This document shows, piece after piece, positions 52,201 through 63,650 of a DNA stretch of 64,000 nucleotides. The position numbers and the translations under genes are program-made. The DNA lies in the NCBI GenBank assembly GCA_964270895.1, contig OZ185452.1, one strand, 5' to 3'. The stretch comes from Podarcis filfolensis (lineage: Eukaryota). Below the pieces are notes generated by a model. It saw only the letters and a list, made by a program, of their open reading frames with translations. It ran no database searches and was not told the origin of the DNA. The stretch's first letter is position 1. Each line of letters begins with the position of its first letter.

Positions 52201-55074
52201 TTTGTCTAGATAACTTGTCAATTCCATCAGCTAATTTCTTTTTAAATAGAAGGAAAGTTCAGCCACTACACAATCCAATATCAAACACCCACTCCCCTGC
52301 TATTTGGGGGCAGCACCCATGCAGCTAATTTATTAGAAGACTAAGTAAAAATGCATGGGTATTTTGGAAAATAATAACACCTGCAATTTATAACAGCAAT
52401 ATATGGCAAACCAAAAGCTAAGGTGAAGCCCAATGAAAGTTGGGTCAGCATAACCATTGCTATACTTTGAGAAGTTCTTGAAGGACTGTAACGCTGGCTC
52501 TAACTACTGCTCACTTCCACTTGCACAAAGCCACAAGCAGAGAGCTCTTTGACATCTTCCTCCCCAATTCAAGAGCAAAACTTTGGCAGAGTTCATTTCT
52601 TAGTGCCCAATTGCTCTACTCACTCCTTTTTCATTGGATTTTGGCACAGGATCGAGCAGCTGAAGTACAAAAGACACTCTGTCACCGGCTGCATTCACAT
52701 GTGAAAATAAGCCATAGTTAGTGGATGACTGTGTAAATGGTTCCCACTGTAGTCCTCCTCTAGCGAGACCAACTATGACCCTGGCTTGCCATTAAATTCT
52801 TACATGGGGGGGGGGCTATGGTTTGCTGCAAACAAACCACAGTGTGAAGCTAAAGTTTGTTCTTGGTTTTCCCATCATAGTTTGTTTTAGCAAAACAAGT
52901 CACAAGCTCATGGTTAGCTGTTCCCACTTGCAAGATAGAGAAGGAGAAATGTGGTAGCAATCTCTGCATTCCTGATATACCGTTAACCATGGATTACTGA
53001 ACAGCTGGCACTTGGACTTAAGAAGCATTTTGCCTACATTGTATGTAGACATCTAAGGAACATGCATTTATTAATTGCCCTTCCTTTAGAAGGAGTCCAG
53101 GGCAATTTTCAACAAAGGTAAAAACATAAGGCCACAGGGATTGTTACTATTAGGAAAGAGGAGTTTAAAATGTTATTTGCTTGTGTAAACAGTGGCAGAA
53201 GTGGCCAAAGTGAGTAATGAAAGGGGGATTCTTACACGCTATGCCAAGGACCAAATAGGAAGCCTCAGGAGGTCAGATTGCAACTCCCCCAAGCTGCCAT
53301 TTTTTTATCCTCACTATACTATTTCATCAAGGCTTTGTCACAGAAATAGTTTTGACAGTTAAAGCAAAAAAAAAAAAAGTTATCTACAGGAATCCCAGTT
53401 TTGCTGTCGTCTACATGCAACCACATTCCTTCCACTGCAAATCATGGAAGACTAAACACAAGTTGTTATACAACCAATGACTATGGATCACTAGCAAACT
53501 ATTCCAGGATCAAAAGGGAGGGGGGAACCTAAGAAATAAATAGTTATATCCAAGATTAAGTGATCAAAGTACACAGCACTAAGAAAAGGAGGAAGTGCAA
53601 GCAACAAAGCAGGATGGCCGAAGAGCCATACACAGAATTATTTGAACAAAAATGTGCACAGCTGAAATAGAGCCTCACTAATACAGACACAGGGAAATGA
53701 CCACAGAGTTAGTTCTAGAATAATCTGCCTTCTTATGAAATGAAGCCAATATAGAAAAGTAAATACATAGGATTAAAGTCCTGATGCTTGAATTACTTGT
53801 CATACTTCTAATGCATCACAGAACAGGTACTTTGTAATAGAATACAGGCTACAAGGGATGGGAGTAGCATGTAAATAAACAAGCCCTACTTTCCTTCTGC
53901 AAGAGCATTTCTAGGTCTACGTTTAAAGAGATGAGCATGGTACTTAGTAAAGCTGCAATATAAATGGATTTACCTTCAACCCATCGGAAACTCGCTGCAT
54001 TACCACTTTTACCTCCAGGCTAAAGTTAAGCTATGACATGAAAACTGCTCTCACGGCCAAAGCTTTTAAAACAAACTACATACCCATCTCTCACTGACCA
54101 CCACTATCCCAGCCTTTGCTTTACTGCCAATACCTTCTCTCCCCGTAGAGCACCAGTTCCCTGCAACTGAGCACAACTTCTTTCACTCCCTAACTCTCTA
54201 CACACAGTGTCACTGCTGCCCCTCCTTCATCCTTCTTATCCAAACTTCACAGTGTCATTCCACGCCCACAAGTATAAGTAGTTTACATCTTTACCTAATG
54301 TTATACTCCAAGTTAGCTATGTAACGTGGGCGTTTTGATGTTGACTACATATCCATTTGCTCCTGCAACCTTTCACAGCTGATTCACAGGATCCAAGATG
54401 CCATCTAACACAAACATACCTTAAACAGGCTTGTTGCATACTCTTGTACAGCTTTCCACCTCTCTCCAAGCTGTTACTCCCGCTTGGCTGCTCCCTCACA
54501 CTTCCCCCCCCCCCAATTATTTCCTCTCATCTGCACCCCACACCGAGTTGCCACACTCATATTGTTGCTGCCACAGCTACATCTACCCTCAAACTATTTT
54601 TGGGCTCCCTTCACATCTGACACTACTCCACCCATCCCGGACTCCTCACATTTCACTCCCTCTTCTCAAGCTATTCAACACTCTTGGTTTCTTCACCCGT
54701 TCTTGCACTGGGGGTTGCCCCCTTAACCAACCCTTCTCTTTTGCACTGAGGACCCCTCATAATTGGCTGGCTCACTGTTGAAGGAAGGCATACATATTGT
54801 TCACTCTCCTAAGTTGCCCTCCTCCCTTCTTTTGCTTTTCTTCAAGCAAGGTCCAAGCATACCCACCCCCGGTAGCTTCCATAACCTGCACCGATAGGAA
54901 ACTCCCCCCCCCCCTCTGCACCATACCCTCACTTCAAAAGGCCTTCATTTGATTTCTTGGCACTTGTCTCCTTACCTCTGCCTCTCCTCAACTCCTTCTT
55001 CCACCTCATGCCCTTCTCATCTGACACTGCTACCAGGGAGAAAGTGGAAGAGAGTCCCCACATCTACCCCAGGG

Positions 55075-55210
55075 CAGGGTTTCCCAAACTTGTGTCTCCA
55101 GCTGTTTTTGGATTACAATTCCCATCATCCCTGACCACTGGTCCTGCTATCTAGGGATGATGGGAGTTGGGTCTCCAGCTGTTTGTGGACTACAAGTTTG
55201 GGAAACTCTG
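55075..55210. mobile_element. Palindromic hAT-Charlie (URR1-like) MITE with a flipped right-arm segment
   Basis: 17-bp TIRs (16/17 match); TSD CCCCAGGG/CTCTAGGG. Confidence 0.8.
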
Positions 55211-55216
55211 CTCTAG

Positions 55217-55404
55217 GGACATAGGAAGCTGCCTTATGGAGTCTGGCCATCAGTCCACCTGGCTCAGTAGTGTCCACACTGGCTGACAGCAGCTCTCCAG
55301 GGCTTTGAGCAGTGACCCTTTCCCAGCCCAACCTGGAGATGCTGGGGCTTGAACCTGAAACCTTCTGCATGTGAAGTATGTGCTCTATCACTGAGCCAGC
55401 CCTC
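55217..55404 (-). mobile_element. tRNA-derived SINE with a CR1-like tail
   Basis: Minus strand reads gctcagtgatagagcac...ggttcaagccccagcatctccag...ggcagcttcctatgtc. Confidence 0.75.
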
Positions 55405-57399
55405 ATTCCCCTACAGGTTTCCCTTTCACCTGACATTACCTCTGTTCCTACAGCATTAAGGAGGACTTCTGTCTGGCACACTCCCCTCCAAATTCTTTAA
55501 CCCTTTCATCCCACCTGCAGTTCCACCTCACATACGTACCCATCCATTTTTCATCCCTTTCTCTCTTCTCTTCAACTTCCTTCCTCATCAGTGTACTCCC
55601 TTCAATCAGACAGACTCCTCTTTGCATTGCGGTGGGGAATTCTTCACATCTACCTCCCTATCCTTAGGCTACTCCCCATATTCTTCCAACCTGCATCTCC
55701 TCTCAACCTCCCAACAGATTCCTCTATCATCCGACATTTTCTCACCCTACTGTATTGGGGGAAGATTCCTTTCATTATTATTATTTTTTAAATCATACTT
55801 ATATTTCAAATTATTTCTGAGCCACCTTTCAAGTAGTCTTCCCAAGGACAGCTGACCTTAGTGACCTTCTCTATGACAGCTGCAAAATTGTGGAATTCCC
55901 TCCCCACAGAGGTGCATCTGGTTTCTTCACTATACCGTACAACTATCAATGAAGGCTGATGGCACACTTCTCTGTGCTGGCATTTGACACCTGAGATGTG
56001 TGTTTACAGGTCCCACTCTATTCCTGTGACTATATTCCGTTTTAACTATTTGAATTGTAAATAGTTGTAACCCACCCTGTAACCTGTTGGTGAAGGGTAG
56101 GCAACAAATTTAACAATAATGTGGAGGATGTTGTTTCTCCTCCAGACTCTTTCCTTCTCTTAGTACTCTCTCACCCCAAAACTTGTTTTCCCCACCATTA
56201 TCTCCCTCCCAGTCACACAATTCCTCCTCTCTTCTCCCTCCCTCTCAAGTGACACTTTCCTTTTCAGCTGATGGTGTTCACATATGCTCCCTTCTTCCCT
56301 CTAACTACTCACACCACCACCTGGTGTCCCACCCCACTTATGACCTGCACCAGTGGTTTTTATTCGGGGGGGGGTACAAGGGTATGTAGCACCAGCACCT
56401 TTTTTCTAAAAGAAAAACACTGGTTAAAAGTGTGGCACTTAATGTAACTTCATGGTGAGTACTGGCACCTCTTTTTCTAAAAGAAAAGCACTGACCCCCA
56501 ACCCATGTCTCTCTCTGCCTTCCTCCAACTTGTTCCTTTTGCACTCTCCCTCTTGATCTCATCTCCTAACTCCCAATAGTGTGTGTCTGTCCCTCCTGCC
56601 TTTGCAGCCTTCCTCTCTCCAATGTTTCCGTCCAGCTAGCCTGCTTTCCCCTCCAATTGCTCATAAATCCAGCAAAGTCCAGGGTTCTCACCCCACATAC
56701 ACCCTGCCATTTCTCTCTCCCTCTTTTGAGTTTCCCAACTTATTCTCCCACCAGTATGTCCCCTGTGCCTCTCTGCCTTCGCCATCCTAGCACCCCACCC
56801 TGCCCTCACATCATTTGCCCCGTTAACCCCCCTCCCCAAAGTCCTAGGGTCCCACCCCGCACATACCCTTCCCCATTTCTCCTTCTCAACTCCCCCACCA
56901 AATGTTCCCCTTATTCTCCCACCCCTCACGCATAACTTCCCCCATTTAAGTCTCTGGCTATCGGCCTCCACTTCCTTCCCGTCTTCTCACTTGCCATCTT
57001 CCCTCTGGCCCTCTTCCCCCTACCATCGCCCTCCCACCCTCCACACACCCCACACCAGGGGGGACAACCTGAATAGAATATTGGCGGGGGGGGGGAGGCG
57101 GGTAATCCCTGCCCTGCATAATTGATCACAGGACATGGCACACGCACACCATTTGAATGGCAATGCCCATCAAGTTGGGGGGGGGGGCTCAAATATTTTA
57201 GCGGTGTGTGTGTGTGGAAAGTGACCTCAGACCCTAGCAGTTGGCTCCTATGCAAAATTCATCCTGGAGTCCCACCCCATATATCCTTTCCCTCCAGCTG
57301 CTCTCCAACCCCTCTTTATTGGAGAAAGGAATAATAATAATAACAACAACAACAACGACAGCAACAGACAGGGAGGGACCACAGGACTTTTTTGCGCCC

Positions 57400-58272
57400 G
57401 CTTTTTCCACCTGACACTTCTCCCCCCCCATCTCCGTCGCTTCCCCCTCCCTCCACGTCGTTTCTCCACAGCTGCCTCCTTTCCCTCCCGAAGCGCTTCT
57501 TTTCTAAACTCCCCTCAGAGTCCGGTTCTCCGCTGCTACTGCTGCTTTCACTTCCACCCCCTCGGAAGACTTTCCTCCCCGATAATGGGGGGGGGGGGGA
57601 GAAAGAGGTGCGGGGTCCCTTCCCCCATTCCTCGGGGGGAGCGCTTCTCCTCCCCCTCAGCTTCTTCTCCACGCCCGACTCTCTTCCTCGCCCCCTCAGG
57701 CTTCTTCCCCGCCCGCTGCCACCGACGCCTGAGGGGAAATAAGCAGCTCTCCCCGGTCAAGAGAGCCCGACTCCTCCGGACGCGAAAAAGTTCTTCGGCG
57801 CCCTCCGGCCCCGGCAACCCCCGCTGAGCCAACCCCAGCCTGAGCGGGTGGGGAGAAAGGGACGGGGCGACCGGCGCGCTTCAACCCACCTCGCTCGGCT
57901 CCTGCTGCCGCCGCTGCCGTCACCGCTTCTCCGCCTGAGGTGCGGTTCCTGCTCCTCTCGTCAGGCGCGGCCAACCGCGTTCGATCGCCTCGGCGCTCGG
58001 CTACGCAGCCTGGCCGACCTCGGGGTGAGCCTGGCCTCGTCGCCTTCGCAGTCGTCGGGCTCGCGTCGTCGGCCGTCGGCTCGTTCGGCCTACCCTGTTC
58101 GTGGGGGCGGGGAAGGGGGAGGAGCAGGGCCGGCGGAGGGCCAATGAGGATCTGGAACGGACTTCCGCATTCCAGTAGAGGGGAATGGAGAGTTCTTTCC
58201 CGTGGGCCGGGCAATAGCGGTTGGTTGCGTTTGAGAGGAGGCCGAGGATGGGCTGGGAAGAATTGAACTGGT
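57400..58272 (-). promoter_or_regulatory. TAOK3: TAOK3 CpG-island promoter
   Basis: Dense CpG. GC box at 58105-58112, CCAAT at 58141-58145 and ETS motif GCGGAAGT (minus strand) at 58161-58168, all upstream of the likely minus-strand TSS. Confidence 0.8.
57890..58090 (-). other. TAOK3: Putative non-coding exon 1 of TAOK3
   Basis: Best donor in the island is GAG|GTGGGT at 57889. The TSS is estimated from promoter motif positions only. Confidence 0.4.
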
Positions 58273-58416
58273 NNNNNNNNNNNNNNNNNNNNNNNNNNNN
58301 NNNNNNNNNNNNNNNNNNNNNNNNNNNNNNNNNNNNNNNNNNNNNNNNNNNNNNNNNNNNNNNNNNNNNNNNNNNNNNNNNNNNNNNNNNNNNNNNNNNN
58401 NNNNNNNNNNNNNNNN
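58273..58416. other. Assembly gap (144 N)
   Basis: Run of N. Confidence 1.
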
Positions 58417-58491
58417 CTCTCAAGGATTATGGTTACCAGATTTTTTTCAATGAATCCAGTGACCCTTTTTTTTTTAAGCTGAGTAGCAACA

Positions 58492-58845
58492 GGGATGTGG
58501 GTGGCGCTGTGGGTTAAACCACAGAGCCTAGGACTTGCCGATCAGAAGGTCAGCGGTTCGAATTCCCGCAATGGGGTGAGCTCCCGTTGCTTGGTCCCTG
58601 CTCCTGCCAACCTAGCAGTTCGAAAGCATGTCAAAGTGCAAGTAGATAAGTAGGTACCACTCTGGCGGGAAGGTAAATGGCATTTCCGTGCGCTGCTCTG
58701 GTTCGCCAGAAGCAGCTTAGTCATGCTGGCCACATGACCTGGAAGCTGTACACCGGCACCCTCGGCCAATAAAGCAAGATGAGCGCCACAACCCCCGAGT
58801 CGGTCACGACTGGAGCTAATGGTCAGGGGCCCCTTTACCTTTACC
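58492..58845 (+). mobile_element. Sauria SINE, full length
   Basis: Same family. TSD TAGCAACA(GGGA) starting at 58484 and 58846. Confidence 0.92.
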
Positions 58846-58959
58846 TAGCAACAGGGAGTTTGTAGTGGGGATGGTGAGGCCTCTGGGTCCAAGCACACAT
58901 GCATATTATATAAAGGTGCAAAGCCCTTCTTTCACACCCTGTGAAACATAAATGCTCTG

Positions 58960-59207
58960 AGATTTTAAAAATGGGCAACGGCGCGCCAGCGACTCCCGAG
59001 CCTCCCCCATCTCCTGCCCCCTTCCCCCTTTGTTTTGACTGATGGGGGAGGCTTGGGAGTTGCTGGCTCTGGGCTGCTGAGCCTGCAGCCGCCATGTTTC
59101 CCGGAGACAGATTTGCAAATCTAGGTACATTCCGGGGATGGAATTTGTCTGGGAACAGATTTGCAAATCCGGGGACTGTCCCCGGGAACGGGATGTCTAG
59201 TAACCCA
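58960..59207. mobile_element. hAT-type terminal remnant
   Basis: Minus strand reads gggttactagacatcccgttcccgggacagtccccggatttgcaaat; the subterminal acagatttgcaaatc is repeated. Confidence 0.45.
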
Positions 59208-59239
59208 CTCAAAGTGGTGTGCATGGTTATTCCCCGACT

Positions 59240-59392
59240 TATTTTATCCTCACAACAGCCCCATGAGGTAAGCTAGGGCAAAAGCTAGTGATTGGCCCAA
59301 GGTCACCCAGTGAGTTTCATGGCTGAGTGGGATTTGAAACCTGTCCTCCCAGGTTTTAGTCCAACACTTTAACCACTACACCACACTGGCTC
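59240..59392 (-). mobile_element. Squam3/MIR-like SINE fragment
   Basis: Head gccagtgtggtgtagtggttaaagtgttggac and core gtgaccttgggcc. Confidence 0.75.
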
Positions 59393-59660
59393 TAATTAAA
59401 TACTGACACTGTAGGCTGCAAACCACCTAAGACTTATGCATCACTTTTCACTACTCTTAAAAGTTCCCTGCAAACTTGCTGTAAGGTTTTCTTCTTGCAA
59501 TAAAATGATAAAGATATAGGAAATAATATAAATAAATAGTTCCTGGGATAGAAGAAGATAAACTGCATGTATTTTTTTGTAACCAGTGTGTTAGCTCTTC
59601 AGAATGTGACTTAACTCTAGCTTCCTGTCTGAGCATAGCCACTTTGCTGAATACTACTTT

Positions 59661-59736
59661 TCTTCTTCTTCTTCTTCTTCGTCTTCCTCTTCTTCTTCTT
59701 CTTCTTTTCTTCTTCTTCTTCTCCTCCTCCTCCTCC
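59661..59736. repeat. Interrupted (CTT)n/(CCT)n microsatellite
   Basis: Read directly from the sequence. Confidence 0.95.
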
Positions 59737-60207
59737 CACCCATCTGGCTGGGTTTCCCTGCCCACTCTGGGTAGCTTCCAGCAAAATATAGAATGGGGTC
59801 CTGTGTTTATACTAAAATATCAGTTTTGCAACAGTAGTATCTTGCAAATTCAGCTAAAATGGGTATATTTCTAAATGTGGAAGTACATATATATTATACA
59901 CACACACATACACACAAACATGTAGTCAAAGCAGCTTGTACGTTTTGTTTAAGAAACACTGAAAAAACACATTAATAAGATATTAACTGGAAAGCCCCCT
60001 GGATTTCTTAAAACATAAGCTGTTATACTGAGTCAGATCATTGATCCTTCTCACTCCATATTGTCTTCTACACTGACTGGCAGAAGACAATATGGAACAA
60101 GATGGACCAAAGAGTATAGGAGAGTTCTCCTGTGCTTGGGTCCTGCTTGCAGGTTTGTTATAGAAATATGGCTGGCCACTGTGAGAACAGGGTGCTACAC
60201 TAGATGG

Positions 60208-60529
60208 TAAAGGTAAAAAAAAATGTAGTATAAACACTGACAACTAGGAAACGCTGCCCTGTGAGCGCTACAGTTGGAGAACAGCTTTTACCAAAGGTGT
60301 CATGGGCTTTGAAGACACTCAAACTCAGGACGCAAGGGAGAAACATGCTAAGAGGAAGGCACGCTTGGCTAATCCACACCGTGACCAGCTCCCGCCCAGA
60401 AACCAATGTTCCCACTGTGGAAAGACACGTGGATCCAGAATTGGCCTCCACAGCCACTTACGGACTCATTGTTAAAACCGTGTTTATGGAAGACAATTTT
60501 ACTCGGCTACGAGTGATCGCCGAAGAAGA
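60208..60529 (+). mobile_element. RTE-clade LINE 3' fragment nested in a CR1-type tail
   Basis: Encodes CSHCGKTRGSRIGLHSHLRTH, with a GAA tail. TSD ACACTAGATGG at 60197 and 60530. Confidence 0.85.
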
Positions 60530-60589
60530 ACACTAGATGGGCCATTGGCCTGATCCAGCATGTTTTCATGTCCTAGGTGCAATCTCTAG

Positions 60590-61030
60590 CATCTTCAGGT
60601 AGCGCTGGGGAATGTCCCCTGCCTGCAACCCAGCAATCTGTTCTCACAGCGGCCAACAAGATGCCTGTAGGAAACCTGCAAGCAGGGTCCAAACACAAAA
60701 GCATGCTCCTCTCCTGTGATTTATAGAAATTGGCTTTCAAAAGAATTCCTGCCACCAACTCTGGAACTAGAGCATAGCTGTCATGGCTAGTAGGCATTGA
60801 GAGCCTTCTGCTTAAAATTCAAATCCTGTTTTAAAGCTGTCCAAGTTAATGGTCATCACATCACAGCCTCCTGTGGGAGCAAGTTCCACCATTTAACTGA
60901 AGTACTTTATTGGTCTTGAATCTTCCAGCATTCAGCTTCATAAGATGTCCATGGATTCTAGTGCTATGAGAGCCACTTTCTCCATGCCATGCATAATTTT
61001 ATAAACTTGTATCATGTCCCAACAGACCTT
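60590..61030 (-). mobile_element. CR1 LINE 3' fragment
   Basis: Encodes DMIQVYKIMHGMEKV on the minus strand, plus CR1 3' UTR. Confidence 0.72.
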
Positions 61031-61441
61031 CTGCATGCACAGCATATGCTCTGCATCAGAGGTTCTTAAGAAAAGAAAGAGCAAGAAATAACTTCTGCCA
61101 CTAGGACAGGCACACCTGTTCACCATGGTCCTGGAATATATGTCAACGTCCAATAGCAGGTGTTTCTTCAAAGTCTCAGATAGTGCTCTGTGGCAGAGAC
61201 AACACAAAGGATGACATTTTAAATGCCCTCCTCCCCCACCTCTCCCTGTTGTGTTTGCCACCAAACCACCTCCTGTTGAGGACCTCTAGTACAAGGGCAT
61301 TGGATGATGAGCTAGAACTTGCTGAACCTGTGATGGAGGCAAGATTTCCTTTGCTACCAGTTGCTTCCTGCAGCTCCTATTGTATACATGTACATATAAA
61401 TATAACACAGTAGTAATAATAATATTTATACCCCACCCATC

Positions 61442-61881
61442 ACCCAGTAGTGATGTATGGAAGTGAGAGCTGGACCATAAAGAAGGCTGATCGTCGAAGA
61501 ATTGATGCTTTTGAATTATGGTGCTGGAGGAGACTCTCGAGAGTCCCATGGACTGCAAGATGATCAAACCTATCCATTCTTAAGGAAATCAGCCCTGAGT
61601 GCTCACTGGAAGGATAGATCGTGAAGCTGAGGCTCCAATACTTGGCCACCTCATGAGAAGAGAAGACTCCCTGGAAAAGACCCTGATGTTGGGAAAGATG
61701 GAGGGCACAAGGAGAAGGGGACGACAGAGGACGAGATGGTTGGATAGTGTCTTCGAAGCTACAAACATGAGTCTGACCAAACTGCGGGAGGCAGTGGAAG
61801 ACAGAAGTGCCTGGCGTGCTCTGGTCCATGGGGTCACGAAGAGTCGGACATGACTAAATGACTAAACGACAACAACAACAA
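61442..61881 (+). mobile_element. BovB (RTE) LINE 3' fragment
   Basis: Encodes HLMRREDSLEKTLMLGKMEG..RRRGRQRTRW, with a (CAA)n tail. TSD CCCCACCCATC at 61431 and 61882. Confidence 0.92.
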
Positions 61882-62298
61882 CCCCACCCATCTCACTGGG
61901 TTGTAAGCAAGCTTCTGCATCCAACAGAACACTACATCAGATTGGGTACTGAGAAAAACTAGATGGTGGGAGGTGAGAAAAAAGCTGGCTTGAAGCCATA
62001 ATGTTTGCATTGGTCAAAAAATATAATTTTTGTTGCATCGTTTCGAAAGGGGAAAAGCTATGGGGTTGTCAGGAAGAGTGCCTGCACTTCAGAGTCTACT
62101 ACTGACCCAGTAGTTATTTGTGGCAATTATTATCCAGCCCTTAAAGAGGCTGCCAGAGCAATTCACAAAAATAAAAACTAACAAAAAAGAGAAAAAGGCC
62201 CACAGTCTAAAAAGACAGTAGCACACAAGAAATAAAGGGATGGGAGGGAGGAGGAAAAAGCAAGTTCAACCACCTGCCCTTAAAATACGCACATATAT

Positions 62299-62545
62299 TA
62301 GGCTTGCCATAAGTCAGAAAAATTCCTGACATGTTTTGGTTTTGGGGTGCAAAAATTGCACCTAAAAGAATTGGCAGAAAACCTGGACGTATAGCAACGC
62401 GATGGAAAAAGCACCCAAAAGCTTAAAATCACTATTTTGGGGGGAGGTATCCCCAAAAAAGCTCAACCATTTGGGCTCCAAGAAAAAAAGCTCAACAACT
62501 TTGCACGTGTCAAGAATTTTACTTTTTTGAAATATGGCAACCCTG
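62299..62545. mobile_element. Non-autonomous hAT element
   Basis: TIRs TAGGCTTGCCATA and TATGGCAACCCTG; 8-bp TSD ACATATAT/ACATACAT (7/8 match). Confidence 0.8.
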
Positions 62546-62749
62546 ACATACATGGATCTACACACACATCCTTTTAAAAGCAGTCCCTTTAAGAGAGTCC
62601 CTGCGGAGAGTGGATGGGGCGCGCAGGCGGAAGCAGACCCCAGTTGACTGCAATTCCACACATCTATACAGCAAGCTGTTCACAAAAGTGGGGTGGGGCC
62701 AAGAAGCGAACCTGGAAACGCTTGGCAGCGAGTTGAGTCTACACCTACA

Positions 62750-63650
62750 TCGGTCTATGGCTGAAGGCGCCATTCCTCGCGCCTACGGGTAGAAGGGGGG
62801 TCCAAACCGCGGAGCGAACGTCAAGCCAGCCTCCCGCCAATCCGCCTATCCATCCAGCTCAACCAGGGCCCGGAAGTGGTTCTAGCGCGCCTGCGCGCGG
62901 GAGGCGGGGCCGCTCGCGGCTTGTCTGAGGGGGGAGTTAAGAAGAAGAAAAAAGGAGGAGGAGGCGACCGGATCGTCCGCGGTGGCCTCGGCGGCGGTCG
63001 GTCGGCGTTTTCCCGCTTCGGCCATGAGCGTCGCCGCGCTGGTTTCTCCCGCGCTCCCGCCGGGGCCTCCAGCTTCTACCGCCGCCGTGCTGCCTGCCGG
63101 GACGGGCCCCGCCGCTGCCATTGCCGCCGCTGCAGCCGCCGCCGCCGCAGCCGCCGAGAGCTTCGAGGATGAGGAGCTGGACAGCCCCGCCGACGAGGAG
63201 GACGGGGAGCGCAGCGGCCGCGCGCGGGACTCGGACGAGGGTGAGTCGCCTGCCTGCCCGCCCCCCGACCCGCCTCCGCGGAGGCCTCGAGGCGCCGCCG
63301 AGCAGGTTTTCCCGGGAGTAACCTGCCGCCCGTTTCTGCTTGGGGCTGATTCCCAAGGCGGGGGCGAGGGGAGAGGAGCGCGCAAGTTGAGTCTTTCTCG
63401 CGAGTAGGCCCATTGGAATTCATGCGCGTGGTTCACGGGGGCCCGTGGAGCTCGGCGCGTCTGCTCATGAGGCAAACGCTGCACTGGTTGCGATGGGGCC
63501 ACCTCACGGCGGCCCCGATCCGTTCTTCTCGGGAGGGAAACCGACTGTCGGGGACTTCCGAGTCAGGAAGCACGTGGGTATTGTAGCCACCCGTCCAGTC
63601 TTACCTACGAGTAGATCCCATCGAAGTTTACGAGCCCAGAGGCTGACTGA
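62750..63650 (+). promoter_or_regulatory. SUDS3: SUDS3 CpG-island promoter
   Basis: CCAAT at 62837, ETS CCGGAAGT at 62870, NRF1-like GCGCCTGCGC at 62887, GC box at 62899, and BANP-like TCTCGCGAG at 63396. Confidence 0.8.
63024..63240 (+). CDS. SUDS3: SUDS3 (Sin3-HDAC complex subunit SDS3) coding exon 1
   Basis: gccATGag start. MSVAALVSPA...FEDEELDSPADEEDGERSGRARDSDE resembles the recalled human [23 protein letters not shown]. Phase-1 donor G|GTGAGT at 63241; syntenic with TAOK3. Confidence 0.9.

Noticed and set aside
56351-56493. hAT MITE with a duplicated right end
   Set aside because: A 28-bp direct repeat is visible, but the TSD match is poor (5/8), so it is not called.
57316-58266. Many overlapping ORFs in the CpG islands (also 62876-63654)
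   Set aside because: Stop-codon depletion in GC-rich DNA explains them. Only the SUDS3 frame has homology and a splice donor.
58001-58517. ORFs spanning the N run
   Set aside because: Artefacts of translating through a gap.
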